Shown in pieces: positions 29,222 through 38,876 of a stretch of 40,169 nt of DNA. Under the pieces are notes generated by a model. That model was not told the origin of the DNA. It searched no databases and was given only the letters and a program-made list of their open reading frames with translations. Position 1 is the first letter of the stretch, and each line of letters starts with the position of its first letter. Position numbers and translations under genes: made by a program. The stretch comes from Candidatus Sumerlaeia bacterium (GTDB lineage Bacteria; Sumerlaeota; Sumerlaeia; SLMS01), in contig JBBQYG010000015.1 of assembly GCA_038208905.1 (NCBI GenBank), forward strand, positions 1 through 40,169, given 5' to 3'.

Positions 29222-29953
29222 ATGAAGAAGCTTTTCCTGGCAGGCCTCGCCTTCGCGGCCCTGCTCTCTGCGCCCGCCGCCGTGCGCGCCCAAGACGCGG
29301 CCGCCGCGGAGCCGAAGTCCGAAGTAAAGTCGGAGTTCAAGACCCTCGAGGAAAAGGTCAGCTATGCCATCGGCATCCAGCTCGCCAAGGACATGCAGAA
29401 GAACGGCGTGAACCTCTCCCCCGCGCTTTTCCTGCGCGGCATGGAGGAAGTCTATGCCGGCAAGACGCCCGCGATGAGCGACGAAGACGTCGAGGCGGCC
29501 ATCGGCGAGTTCCAGACGTTCATGCAGAAGAAGATGATGGAGAAGGCGGAGAAGGAGAAGACCGCGAATCTCGAAGCGGCCACGGCATTCCTTGAGAAGA
29601 ACAAGGCCGAGGCGGGCGTCGTGACCACGGCGAGCGGCCTGCAATACCGCGTGATCACCGCGGGCGAGGGCGAGTCCCCCAAGGACGGCGCCAAGGTGAA
29701 GGTCCACTACAAGGGGACGCTTCTGGACGGTAAGGAATTCGACAGCTCCTACAAGCGCGGCGAGCCCGCCGAGTTTGGCGTGAACCAGGTGATCCCGGGC
29801 TGGACCGAGGCCCTCAAGCTGATGAAGCCCGGCGCGAAGTATGAACTCTTCATCCCCCCCACCCTCGGCTATGGCGAGTCCGGCAACCAGAGCATCCCCG
29901 GCAACAGCCTCCTCAAGTTCGAGGTCGAGCTGATCTCGATCGCCGCCGAGTAA
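29222..29953 (+). CDS. FKBP-type peptidyl-prolyl isomerase (FkpA/Mip-like, signal peptide)
   Basis: Signal peptide, KVSYAIG, SGLQY, VHYKGTL.DG.EFDSS, VIPGWTEAL, FEVEL. Confidence 0.93.
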   Translation: MKKLFLAGLAFAALLSAPAAVRAQDAAAAEPKSEVKSEFKTLEEKVSYAIGIQLAKDMQKNGVNLSPALFLRGMEEVYAGKTPAMSDEDVEAAIGEFQTFMQKKMMEKAEKEKTANLEAATAFLEKNKAEAGVVTTASGLQYRVITAGEGESPKDGAKVKVHYKGTLLDGKEFDSSYKRGEPAEFGVNQVIPGWTEALKLMKPGAKYELFIPPTLGYGESGNQSIPGNSLLKFEVELISIAAE

Positions 29954-29977
29954 GCAGTCCGTCCGTTCAAGTATCCT

Positions 29978-30016
29978 GCGCCCCGGTCTCGACTCAGCGA
30001 GGCCGGGGCGCTTCGT
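29978..30016 (+). terminator. Hairpin terminator after FKBP gene
   Basis: GCGCCCCGGTCTCG / CGAGGCCGGGGCGC stem followed by TTCGTT. Confidence 0.6.
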
Positions 30017-30149
30017 TGTTGGGCCGATTCAATATCGCGCGGGGCGAAATGCTGCTTGAGTTTCCATCCGGGAGGCACCAAACAGGCCGCTTGACTGGGA
30101 CTTCCCCATCGCGGCCCGGACCAGGCGCCCCCCCGGAGGCATCACCCGC

Positions 30150-31439
30150 ATGAGCGAGCTTTTCCCGCGGCTTATTCCGTTCGTCGGCATCGCCGTGATG
30201 GTGGCCATCTGCCTCGCCATGAGCACCAATCGCGGCGCCGCGCTCAAGCGCTGGGACCTGATCGCGTGGGGGTTCGGACTCCAGTTTGTCTTCGCGCTCC
30301 TGATTCTGAAGACGGAGCCCGGGGCATGGCTTTTCAGCGCGGCCAACGATGTGTTCATCGGGGTAATCGGCGCGACCCAGGCGGGCTCGGAGTTCGTCTT
30401 CGGGCCACTCGCCAAGAACCCCTCGCCGGTATCGATGGGGCCGATTATCGCGTTCTATGTGCTACCGACGATCATCTTCTTTAGCGCGCTGATGTCGGTG
30501 CTCTATCACCTGGGAGTCATGCAGAAAGTCGTTCGCGGGCTGGCCTGGGTGATGCAGCGGACGCTGAAGACGAGCGGGGCGGAGACCCTTTCGGCGTCGG
30601 CCAATATATTCGTGGGCCAAACGGAGGCCCCGCTGGTCGTGCGCCCCTTCATCGGCAAGATGACCCAGAGCGAATTGATGACGGTGATGGTCGGAGGATT
30701 CGCCACGGTCGCCGGCGGCGTCATGGCGGCCTATGTGTCTTTCCTGCAGAACTCGATCCCCAACATCGCCGGACACCTGATGGCGGCATCGGTGATGAGC
30801 GCCCCCGCCGCGTTGATCTTTGGCAAGCTGATGGTGCCGGAAACCGAAACTCCGGAGACGGCGGGGACCCTGCCCATCAACGTGGAGAAGGAAACCACGA
30901 ACGTGCTGGACGCGGCCACGGTGGGAACGACGGAGGGCGTGCGCCTGGCGATCAATGTGGGCGGGATGCTGATCGCGTTCCTGGCGCTGATCGCGTTGGT
31001 GGACATCTGCCTTGGCGGAATCGGAAAAGCGATCTTCGGAGGCACGGTGCCGACGTGGTATTCGGAATGGGTCAACCTGCGCGCGGCAGTGGGCGCCGTC
31101 TTTGCGCCGCTCGCATGGCTGATGGGAATCACCGAATGGGGAGACGCCGTGCAGGTGGGACGCCTGATGGGAATCAAGATGGTGGCCAATGAATTCGTGG
31201 CCTACATCGACCTCGGCGCCATCGGCGACGCGGGGGCGATCTCGGAGCGTTCGCGCATCATCGCCTCCTACGCGCTCTGCGGATTCGCCAACTTCGGCTC
31301 CATCGGCATCCAGATCGGCGGGCTTGCGGTCATGGCGCCGGAACGCCGCGCCGACCTCTCGCGCCTCGCCCTGCGCGCGATGCTGGCGGGAACCTTTGCC
31401 GCGAACGCGACGGGGTGCGTGGCGGCGATCCTGATCTGA
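30150..31439 (+). CDS. nupC: Concentrative nucleoside transporter (NupC/CNT family)
   Basis: LPTIIFFSAL, NIFVGQTEAPL, GFATVAG, SVMSAP, NEFVAY, YALCGFANFGSIGIQIGG. Confidence 0.92.
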   Translation: MSELFPRLIPFVGIAVMVAICLAMSTNRGAALKRWDLIAWGFGLQFVFALLILKTEPGAWLFSAANDVFIGVIGATQAGSEFVFGPLAKNPSPVSMGPIIAFYVLPTIIFFSALMSVLYHLGVMQKVVRGLAWVMQRTLKTSGAETLSASANIFVGQTEAPLVVRPFIGKMTQSELMTVMVGGFATVAGGVMAAYVSFLQNSIPNIAGHLMAASVMSAPAALIFGKLMVPETETPETAGTLPINVEKETTNVLDAATVGTTEGVRLAINVGGMLIAFLALIALVDICLGGIGKAIFGGTVPTWYSEWVNLRAAVGAVFAPLAWLMGITEWGDAVQVGRLMGIKMVANEFVAYIDLGAIGDAGAISERSRIIASYALCGFANFGSIGIQIGGLAVMAPERRADLSRLALRAMLAGTFAANATGCVAAILI

Positions 31440-31500
31440 GAGTCATGGGAACGCCGATCTCCCGATGGGCTTTTCTTTCCGGGAAGTGCGGCAACAAATA

Positions 31501-31557
31501 GACAGGATAGCAGGATGACAGAATCAATCGAGCTTCCTGTCATCCTGCAATCCTGTC
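31501..31557. repeat. Long hairpin built of CAGGAT units between convergent nupC and purU
   Basis: GACAGGATAGCAGGATGACAG pairs with CTGTCATCCTGCAATCCTGTC (one mismatch). Confidence 0.7.
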
Positions 31558-31587
31558 CGTCTGTTCTGCCTGCCCGCGACTCAACAA

Positions 31588-32439
31588 CTAGTCGAAGACG
31601 ATTGTCCGTTTCTTGTACACCATGATGCGGTCGTCGGAGTGGGCGCGGACGGCCTTGGCGAGGACGTTGCGCTCGATCTCGCGGCCAAGCGCCAGCATGT
31701 CCGACACGCTGTGGGAGTGGCTGACGCGGATCGTCTCCTGCTCGATCACCGGGCCGTCGTCGAGGTCCGCCGTGGCGTAGTGGCTGGTGGCGCCGATGAG
31801 CTTCACGCCGCGCTCGTAGGCCTGATGGTAGGGCCGGGAGCCCTTGAAGGCCGGCAGGAATCCGTGGTGGATGTTGATGATGCGGTTGGGCCACGACTCG
31901 ATGAATTCGGCGGAGAGAATCTGCATGTAGCGCGCGAGCACCACGAAGTCGATATGGTGCTGGCGGAAGACCTCCTGAGCGCGGGCCTCCGCCGCCGCCT
32001 TGCGGTCCTTCTCCACGGGTATATACACGAAGGGGACCTTGAAGCTGGCGGCGACGTGCTCGAGGTCGGTGTGGTTGCTGACCACCACGGCGATGTCGGC
32101 GGCGAGCTCGCCATAGCGCTCGCGCAGGAGCAGGTCGTAGAGGCAGTGGTCGTACTTGGAAACCATGACGGCGATCTTGCGGCGGTCCTCGGAGCACTGG
32201 AGATGGGCCTCCGCGGAGAACCCTTCGGCGAGGCCGGCGAGGTCGCGGCGCAGTTCCTGGGTGGAGACCTTCATGTCGCCGCGGTCGAAGAGGACGCGCA
32301 TGAAGAAGCGCTGGTCCAGCTCCTCGCAGTGCTGCTGGGAGTTGATGATGTTGCCGCCGCGCTCGAAGATGAAGCGCGAGACGTTGAACACGATCCCCTT
32401 TTGGTCGGGGCAGTTGATCTTGAGGATGGCTGTTTTCAT
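31588..32439 (-). CDS. purU: Formyltetrahydrofolate deformylase
   Basis: CPDQKGIV (ACT domain), FFMR, VSKYDHCL, LARYMQIL, INIHHGFLPAFKG, GVKLIGAT.H, LDDGPVIEQ. Confidence 0.96.
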   Translation of the reverse strand: MKTAILKINCPDQKGIVFNVSRFIFERGGNIINSQQHCEELDQRFFMRVLFDRGDMKVSTQELRRDLAGLAEGFSAEAHLQCSEDRRKIAVMVSKYDHCLYDLLLRERYGELAADIAVVVSNHTDLEHVAASFKVPFVYIPVEKDRKAAAEARAQEVFRQHHIDFVVLARYMQILSAEFIESWPNRIINIHHGFLPAFKGSRPYHQAYERGVKLIGATSHYATADLDDGPVIEQETIRVSHSHSVSDMLALGREIERNVLAKAVRAHSDDRIMVYKKRTIVFD

Positions 32440-32561
32440 GGCGGGGGGATTAGCGGGGGGGGCGCTGGCCGGGACAAGGGCAATGCGGCGAATGACCCTT
32501 GCGCATGGGCGGGGCGCGCCGATGATCGAGCGCATTCCGCAGTCCACAAGGAGTCACGCGC

Positions 32562-33317
32562 ATGTTCATGCACTACCTCGTCGTCTATTGGGCCTGGGTC
32601 GTCCTTTGTATCGCTGGCACGCTGGTCCTGTGGCGCGTGACGCGAAAGGTGGCCGAGGCCCCGCTGTTGGACATCGTCCTGTCCCTGATGTCTTGGATTC
32701 CGTGGGTCGTGGCATGGAACTCGGGCGGTTGGTGGGGATTCGCCGGGTGCCTGGCGGGGCAGTTTCTGGCGCTCCAGACCTTTGTGATCGTCCACGGCAA
32801 CGCCCACCCGCGGCCCAAGGGCTCGATCCGGCGCACGCTGGACCGTTTAGTGGGACCCGTCCGCAATCACCTGGGCCTTTGGATTACGATCCCGGCGCTC
32901 CCGGTTTTCGTCTCGTTGCGCTTCGCGGAAATCTTTGTCTATCCGCTGCTGGTCTGGACCTTGGGGTTCCCCAAGTACCGGCAGAGCGAATGGGTCAACG
33001 TCTCCCGCCAGAAGTTCGAGGGCCTGATCGGCCACGATCTGGTGTGGTGCCTGTATTGCGACTGGATGACGGGGGTATATTCGCTGGGGGCGGAGATGCT
33101 GAGGAGCGTGGAATCGTTCTGGTGCCCGATCCGCTTCTACCCCGGCAAGAAGTGCGAGAACTGCAAGCTGGACTTCCCCGACCTGGATAAGTGGGTGCCC
33201 GCCGACGGCACGATGAAGGACGTAGAGAAGGCGCTGGAGAAGCACTATCCGGAGGGAGAAGGCGAGCCGCGAAGCTGGTGGGGCCACCCGGAACGCTCGG
33301 AACGGTCGGCGGATTGA
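32562..33317 (+). CDS. Hypothetical membrane protein with Cys/Trp motifs
   Basis: AAGGAG RBS, 3-4 hydrophobic segments, WCLYCDW, FWCPIRF and CENCK. Confidence 0.75.
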   Translation: MFMHYLVVYWAWVVLCIAGTLVLWRVTRKVAEAPLLDIVLSLMSWIPWVVAWNSGGWWGFAGCLAGQFLALQTFVIVHGNAHPRPKGSIRRTLDRLVGPVRNHLGLWITIPALPVFVSLRFAEIFVYPLLVWTLGFPKYRQSEWVNVSRQKFEGLIGHDLVWCLYCDWMTGVYSLGAEMLRSVESFWCPIRFYPGKKCENCKLDFPDLDKWVPADGTMKDVEKALEKHYPEGEGEPRSWWGHPERSERSAD

Positions 33318-33387
33318 TTGCCGTTGCCAGTCCGCCACGTCCTCGTGCCTATGCCCTGCAAGTAACCAGTCCGCGAAAGGCTTCTGA

Positions 33388-34014
33388 ATGGAAATCGTTA
33401 TCCACACCATCGACAATGAGTCGGCGAGATTCGTCCAGGAGGACCCGGAGCAGGTCGCGCTGCTTCTCAGCAAGGTCCACCCTCAGCGCCTCTTCCAGCA
33501 GCGGAACATCATCATCCAGGGCAAGATGGCCGTTTCGGGCTTCAACACCAGCCTTGTCGAGATGGTCGAGTTCATCACCGACGTCAAGCCGCAGTGGCAG
33601 GTCCAGACCCATGTGGACACCATCCAGGTCATTAGCGAGGAGAAGTACGAAGCGCTGATGCTGAAGCTGGTGCGCTCCCTCAAGGGCGAGCGGCCCCGCG
33701 TGAAGTTGGGCGATTCGATGGAGGGCTGCGCCGAGTTCCACATGCGGAGCGGGCGCGATGTCCTGGTCCAGTTCCACTCCGTGGTGAAGGGGAAGGTGGA
33801 CGAGCGCATGTTCCTGCAGTCCCTCTTCGAGTCCGGCGCCCTCGCCATTCCCATCGAGAAGGGCGGCTGGGCGATCCTGAACCCGGAGAACATCGTGCGC
33901 TATGTCCTGAACCCCGGCCCCGCCGACGCCCCCGCCAACTCCTGGCTCGCGGCCCGCGGCGGCGAATCGCTCGCCTCGCGCATGAGCATGGAGATTGATG
34001 TTAGGAGGATGTAG
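33388..34014 (+). CDS. Hypothetical protein
   Basis: 208-aa ORF with strong GC3 codon bias. No recognised motif. Confidence 0.75.
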   Translation: MEIVIHTIDNESARFVQEDPEQVALLLSKVHPQRLFQQRNIIIQGKMAVSGFNTSLVEMVEFITDVKPQWQVQTHVDTIQVISEEKYEALMLKLVRSLKGERPRVKLGDSMEGCAEFHMRSGRDVLVQFHSVVKGKVDERMFLQSLFESGALAIPIEKGGWAILNPENIVRYVLNPGPADAPANSWLAARGGESLASRMSMEIDVRRM

Positions 34015-34158
34015 AGAGGGGGAAGGCGGGAAAGACGGGAAGAGCGGAAACAGCGGGAAAGACGGGAACGGCGGATGGAGTTCGGTGGGGGGCCAAGGCC
34101 CCCCATTTCTGCTTTTACGCCTTCACCGCTTTTGGCGCCGTTCCCGCCTTTCCCCTTT
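34015..34158. repeat. Inverted array of 9-bp repeats, copy 3
   Basis: GGGAAGGC GGGAAAGAC GGGAAGAGC GGAAACAGC GGGAAAGAC GGGAACGGC, a central GGGGGCC-AA-GGCCCCC hairpin, then degenerate complementary units ending CCGTTCCCG CCTTTCCCC. Confidence 0.8.
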
Positions 34159-36174
34159 TCAAGTGTAAGGCAAAAACGCCGTCTGCAATTCGCTCGGCAG
34201 GTCCACCAGGCGGTAGTCCTTGGCGCTGACGAACATGAGGGTCTGCTTGCCTTTGCCGAGGACTTGCTTGGCCTGATTGACAATCTCGTGTTCGAGGACG
34301 GCGAACTTGCGGTTGAAGCCCTCGACGCGGATCTTGACGGTCAGGATCTCGAACTCCTTGGCCTCGATGTTGAACTTGTGCTCGATCTGGCGCGTAAGGA
34401 TGTAGAATCCCGTGCTTTTGAGATCGAAGCTGGGCATGCAGCTGCGGAAGAACATCTCCCTCACCTTGCCGACGTAGATGATGTAGTTGCCGAAGTACAC
34501 GTTCCCCACCGAATTGGTGTCGCTATACGTTGTCATGAACGTGTGGCAGAACCACTTTCCCTCGAAGTGCCCGCGCGCGTGCTCGCCGTCGGCATCGATG
34601 GGGGCCAGTGCCGTCGCGCCTCCGCCGCCGGGGCTGACGGAGTGCAGGAATCCCGCGAGCGCCTGGGCGGCGGCGGGTTCGATGCGGTGGATCACGGACT
34701 TGAGTTTTTCGCCCGCCTTGGGGTCTAGGCGGGAGATTGCATTCTCCAGCGCCGAGATCGCGACTTCGGCGGCCTTGCCGCTGACGCTGGGAAGGGGAAC
34801 CTCGTCGGTTGAATCCGGCTTCGGCAGCGCCTTCTGCAAATCGTCCACCACCACGCGGCCGGAGATCACCGCGAAGCCGTGGATCAGCGGGATGAGCGGC
34901 CCAAGGACCATCAGGTACCATGTCTGCTCGAAATAGCCGATGCCAAACAGCCCCAGGGAGAACGCGGCGACGGAGAAAAGCGCCGTCTGGGTGAAGCGCG
35001 TGAACTCGGGGAAGTAAGTCGTCCTGAACAGGAACACCAGCGCATATCCCACGCCAAAGGATGCGTAGAAGGACATGAAGTATTCCAGCCTGAATCCGAG
35101 GAGCAGCCCGCCCATGCCCACGGCGAGGGCCAGTATCATCGGCACCACGGGAGAGGAGAGCAGGTTCTCCGGGATGATCGTCATGATCAGGTGCTCGCTC
35201 TTGCGCGTGAGCTTCTTCAGGTACCACTTCAGCGAGACGTATCCGCTGTCCAGCGTGGAGACAATGCAGAGAATGATGAACCCTACGTAGCAGACCTTTC
35301 CGAGCATTCCAAACGGCTCACCGGAAAGTAGCATGAAGCGGACGATGTAGTCCTTGCCGTCAAAGAATCCGTCCTGCGCGGGACGAAGGTGGCTGGGCCC
35401 GCCGACCGACATGAGGGTCAGCGCGAGGAAGCCGTGAAACAGGAGAATGCCGAAGAAGAGAAGCCCGCCATACAGGTATGACTGGCGGATGCTGGCCTTT
35501 TCACGGTGAATCTGGATGGCGCGCTGCCATTGCTGGATGTCGAGCCACGGCCCCAGCAGCAGCCCCGCCACGATGGGGATCAGAAAGCCGACGAAGCCCG
35601 GGGACTTCCACGACGAGTGCCCCTCGGCGAGGACCGATGGCAGCTCGGTGGTCTCCAGGTAGGCGCCGACGGAAACCGCGACGCCCGCCATGCAGAGAAG
35701 AATCGCCACGAACATGGCGAGGTGGCTCCACTTGATGCGCACGATATCGAAGCTCTCTCCCAACATCAGCGCCGCCGCCAGGATCAGCAGCGCGCCCAGC
35801 GCGGGATTGAGCCCGAGCGGCGCAAAGAGATAGGCAAGGATGGCGAAGAACGTGAGCGAGATCGCCACAAGCTGGTAGGCGAGGATGACAAACCGGAGCG
35901 AGTGGCTGGTGGCGAGGAAGTGGCGCTCGAAATCGCGCTCCCCGGGAAGGCGCCGGGCGATGCGCTGGGTCAGCATGCCGAAAATCACCAGCCCCAGCAT
36001 GTTGGGAATCGCGAAGGACAGCAGCCCGACCACGCCAAAGTGCAGCGAAAACTGGACGGAGAAGAACAGCCCGAGGCCCCACGTCCAGCTGAGGGCGATG
36101 GAGACCCCCCAGAGGAGGGAGCGGAGCGGGCGCTTCGTGATCGGCGAAAGGGCGGTGGCGCTGTCCTGCGGCAT
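34159..36174 (-). CDS. Multi-TM permease-like (SSS/APC-like) protein fused to a C-terminal hot-dog thioesterase
   Basis: ATG with AAGGAG RBS. About 12-13 hydrophobic segments including SWTWGLG, GP.LD.Q.WQR and STLDS. C-terminal TYSDTNSVGNVYFGNY...GKVREMF...GKQTLMFV. Confidence 0.8.
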   Translation of the reverse strand: MPQDSATALSPITKRPLRSLLWGVSIALSWTWGLGLFFSVQFSLHFGVVGLLSFAIPNMLGLVIFGMLTQRIARRLPGERDFERHFLATSHSLRFVILAYQLVAISLTFFAILAYLFAPLGLNPALGALLILAAALMLGESFDIVRIKWSHLAMFVAILLCMAGVAVSVGAYLETTELPSVLAEGHSSWKSPGFVGFLIPIVAGLLLGPWLDIQQWQRAIQIHREKASIRQSYLYGGLLFFGILLFHGFLALTLMSVGGPSHLRPAQDGFFDGKDYIVRFMLLSGEPFGMLGKVCYVGFIILCIVSTLDSGYVSLKWYLKKLTRKSEHLIMTIIPENLLSSPVVPMILALAVGMGGLLLGFRLEYFMSFYASFGVGYALVFLFRTTYFPEFTRFTQTALFSVAAFSLGLFGIGYFEQTWYLMVLGPLIPLIHGFAVISGRVVVDDLQKALPKPDSTDEVPLPSVSGKAAEVAISALENAISRLDPKAGEKLKSVIHRIEPAAAQALAGFLHSVSPGGGGATALAPIDADGEHARGHFEGKWFCHTFMTTYSDTNSVGNVYFGNYIIYVGKVREMFFRSCMPSFDLKSTGFYILTRQIEHKFNIEAKEFEILTVKIRVEGFNRKFAVLEHEIVNQAKQVLGKGKQTLMFVSAKDYRLVDLPSELQTAFLPYT

Positions 36175-36379
36175 TGTGCGGGGGGGCTCCTTGGGGAAGG
36201 CGAAGGATAGCGAGGATCGGCGGTGCCGAACAAGCGCTAATTCCAAGTTTGGGCATGATGCACGGCGCCAGTGGCGCGCCGCCGAAGAGGTTGACGCCCG
36301 GGGGGCCGGGCAAGCAAGACTTCGCCATCCCGCAAGGCAGCCGAAGCCGAGCGAAAAATCCATTGTCTGGGAAACCTCC

Positions 36380-37453
36380 TTGCCTGCTGCCCCCGCCGCG
36401 CTTCCACAGGTCCCCGCCTCCACACTGGAGGTAGGCGCCCGCGTGGAATCCGTGTACCTGCTGGCCAATACCGAACGCCGCCTGAAGAAGAACAACGAGC
36501 CGTTCTTCTCGCTCCAGCTTTCCGACGCCACCGGCACCATCGGCGGCATCATGTGGGACGGCCACGCGGAGCTTGAGCGCGGCAATATCCGCAAGGACGA
36601 CTATGTCCTGGTGCAGGGCGACGTGGGCGAGTTCAACGGCCAGCCCCAGATCACCATGCGCCGCATCGTGAAGGTGGACGACGCCGACGTGGACCAGAAG
36701 GCGTTCCTGCCCGTGAGCCCGCGCCCGCGCGAGGAGATGGAGGCGGAGCTGGACGGCTGGATCGCCCGCGTGAAGAATCCCGACTGCGCGCGCCTGCTGG
36801 CGCGGCTCTTCGGTCACAAGGGCCTTCGCGAGCTGTACTGCATGGCTCCCGCCGCGGTGAAGGTGCATCAGGCGTATATCCACGGCCTCCTGGATCACAC
36901 GCTCTGCGTGATGAAGCTGGCCTGGAGCATCGCCGACGTCTATGAGCCGATCGACCGCGATCTGCTGGTGACGGCGACGCTCCTGCACGACATCGGCAAG
37001 GTGCGCGAGCTGGAGTGGAAGCGCTCGCTCGGCTATACGACACAGGGGCGCCTCCTCGGCCATATCTTCATGGGCGCGGCCATGGTGGACGCGGCCATCA
37101 ACGAGATCCGCAAGGCCGACGGCTTTGATCCGGAAATCCAGACACACCTGATCCATCTGATCCTGAGCCATCACGGCAAGCAGGAATGGGGGTCGCCGGT
37201 GACGCCGAAATCCCGCGAGGCGTTTGTGCTCCACTATGCCGACCACACCGAGGCCTACATGGCGTCCTTTGTGAAGGAAACGACGAAGGCCGCCGAGAAG
37301 GGCGACGCATGGACAGCGTATAGCAAGATGTTCGAGTCGTACCTGTTTGTGGGCGGGCGCACGGCGGAGACCGCGCCCGGCGGCGACCAGGAGCCGCTCC
37401 TCAACACGGAGGGGCGCCGCAATCCCGTGGACGATGTGAAGTCGCCCACATGA
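36380..37453 (+). CDS. YhaM/Cbf1-like OB-fold + HD 3'-5' exoribonuclease
   Basis: LSDATGTIGGIMW (OB fold), PAA.KVHQAY.HGLLDH, LLHDIGK, GRLLGHI, LSHHG..EWGSP, LHYAD. Start uncertain. Confidence 0.88.
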   Translation: MPAAPAALPQVPASTLEVGARVESVYLLANTERRLKKNNEPFFSLQLSDATGTIGGIMWDGHAELERGNIRKDDYVLVQGDVGEFNGQPQITMRRIVKVDDADVDQKAFLPVSPRPREEMEAELDGWIARVKNPDCARLLARLFGHKGLRELYCMAPAAVKVHQAYIHGLLDHTLCVMKLAWSIADVYEPIDRDLLVTATLLHDIGKVRELEWKRSLGYTTQGRLLGHIFMGAAMVDAAINEIRKADGFDPEIQTHLIHLILSHHGKQEWGSPVTPKSREAFVLHYADHTEAYMASFVKETTKAAEKGDAWTAYSKMFESYLFVGGRTAETAPGGDQEPLLNTEGRRNPVDDVKSPT

Positions 37454-37890
37454 GCGACATCCCCCAGGAACCAGCCCGCCGCATACCGGGAGGCGACCCG
37501 CGCGACCGCCGCCGGGAACCACGCGTCGAATTTGCGAGGAACTGCCGCGTGAACATCACCGCGCCGCCGTGGGCCATGACGCGCGAGCCGCTGATCGGCA
37601 CCACGGGCGACATCACCCTTCACGGCGTAAGGATCACTTTCGAGCAGGCGGAGCCCGCCCACGTTTCCGCCTGGGCCGAGGCCGTCCGCAACGATGACGA
37701 GCTTCGCGTGGAGATCGTGCTGGAAGATATCGGCGAGGGCACCCTCCTGAAGGGCCAGATCGTGTGGCTTCAGGAAACCGATCCCGATCCCGCGCGGGCG
37801 ACCGGACCCAGCAGCATTGGCGTTCTCTTCTCCGTGATGAAGGAGCGCGACCAGCAGCGCCTGATCGCGCTGATCGACAAGCAGGCCTGA
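37450..37890 (+). CDS. PilZ domain protein
   Basis: RRREPR (RxxxR) and DITLHG (D-x-S/T-x-x-G), GQIVW, IGVLF. ATGA overlap with the upstream gene. Confidence 0.75.
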   Translation: MSDIPQEPARRIPGGDPRDRRREPRVEFARNCRVNITAPPWAMTREPLIGTTGDITLHGVRITFEQAEPAHVSAWAEAVRNDDELRVEIVLEDIGEGTLLKGQIVWLQETDPDPARATGPSSIGVLFSVMKERDQQRLIALIDKQA

Positions 37891-37913
37891 AGCCCCACCG
37901 GGAGGCCGGCGCG

Positions 37914-38876
37914 ATGTCACTTCGCCGACGCATCGGCAAACCGATTCGCAACCAGACCAAGGAGTTTCTCGCGGAGGTGCGCTTTCGCCTCGGCGGGAAT
38001 CCGCGCCTGCGCCGCCGCGCGTTTCTGGCGATGAAGACCCTCTCCGGCGGAATCGGCTATGCCGCCTTCGTCGAGCCGTTCCTCGTGCAGATCACCCAGG
38101 TGGAAGTCGCGATTCCCGATCTGCCGTGGGCGCTGGATGGATACCGCATCGCCCACCTGAGCGACATCCACTACAACGTGACCGCGGGGAGGAAGTTCCT
38201 CCGCCGCGTGGTGGAGCGCGTCAACGGGCTCGACGCCGACATGGTGGCGTTGACCGGCGACTTCATCACTCACAATCCCCGCAACCTGGATCGCTGCTTT
38301 TCGCTCCTGAGCGATCTCAACGCGCCGGATGGGTGCTGGGTGGTGCGCGGGAACCACGACCACAACACATCGCTCGAGCACATGATTCAGGCAAGCCGCG
38401 ACGCCGGGTTCCGCTTTCTGGAGAACAGCCACGCCATCGTGAGGCCCCTGCGCCATCGCGCCACCGGCAACCACGACAGCCGCGCGGAAAGCGGGGAGCG
38501 CCTCGTTATTGCCGGCGTCGGCGACATGTGGGAGGGCGAGTGCAACCCTTCGCGCGCGCTGGCCGGCGCGAGCACGGGGATTCCCACGGTCATGCTCTCC
38601 CATCACCCCCACTGCGCCGCGCTGATCGCGCCACCGCTCCGCGTGGACCTCATGCTCTCCGGCCACACCCACGGCGGGCAACTCCGCGCGATGGGCCGGG
38701 GAATTCACGCGCTCTCCGGCGGAACGGGGCGCTACGTCAGCGGACTCGTCAAGGCGCCGCACACGGCTGTGTATATCAGCCGCGGCGTGGGGACCAGCGC
38801 GCTCCGCGTGCGATGGAACTGCCTTCCCGAAGTCGCGCTGATCCACCTTCACCGCGGAGACGCCCGTGGAACCTGA
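37914..38876 (+). CDS. Calcineurin-like metallophosphoesterase (YkuE-like)
   Basis: LSDIH, TGD, GNHD, LSHHP, SGHTHGGQ, SRGVG. Confidence 0.9.
   Translation: MSLRRRIGKPIRNQTKEFLAEVRFRLGGNPRLRRRAFLAMKTLSGGIGYAAFVEPFLVQITQVEVAIPDLPWALDGYRIAHLSDIHYNVTAGRKFLRRVVERVNGLDADMVALTGDFITHNPRNLDRCFSLLSDLNAPDGCWVVRGNHDHNTSLEHMIQASRDAGFRFLENSHAIVRPLRHRATGNHDSRAESGERLVIAGVGDMWEGECNPSRALAGASTGIPTVMLSHHPHCAALIAPPLRVDLMLSGHTHGGQLRAMGRGIHALSGGTGRYVSGLVKAPHTAVYISRGVGTSALRVRWNCLPEVALIHLHRGDARGT

Noticed and set aside
30012-30149. Purine riboswitch upstream of nupC
   Set aside because: No recognisable purine-aptamer consensus. An Rfam scan would be needed.
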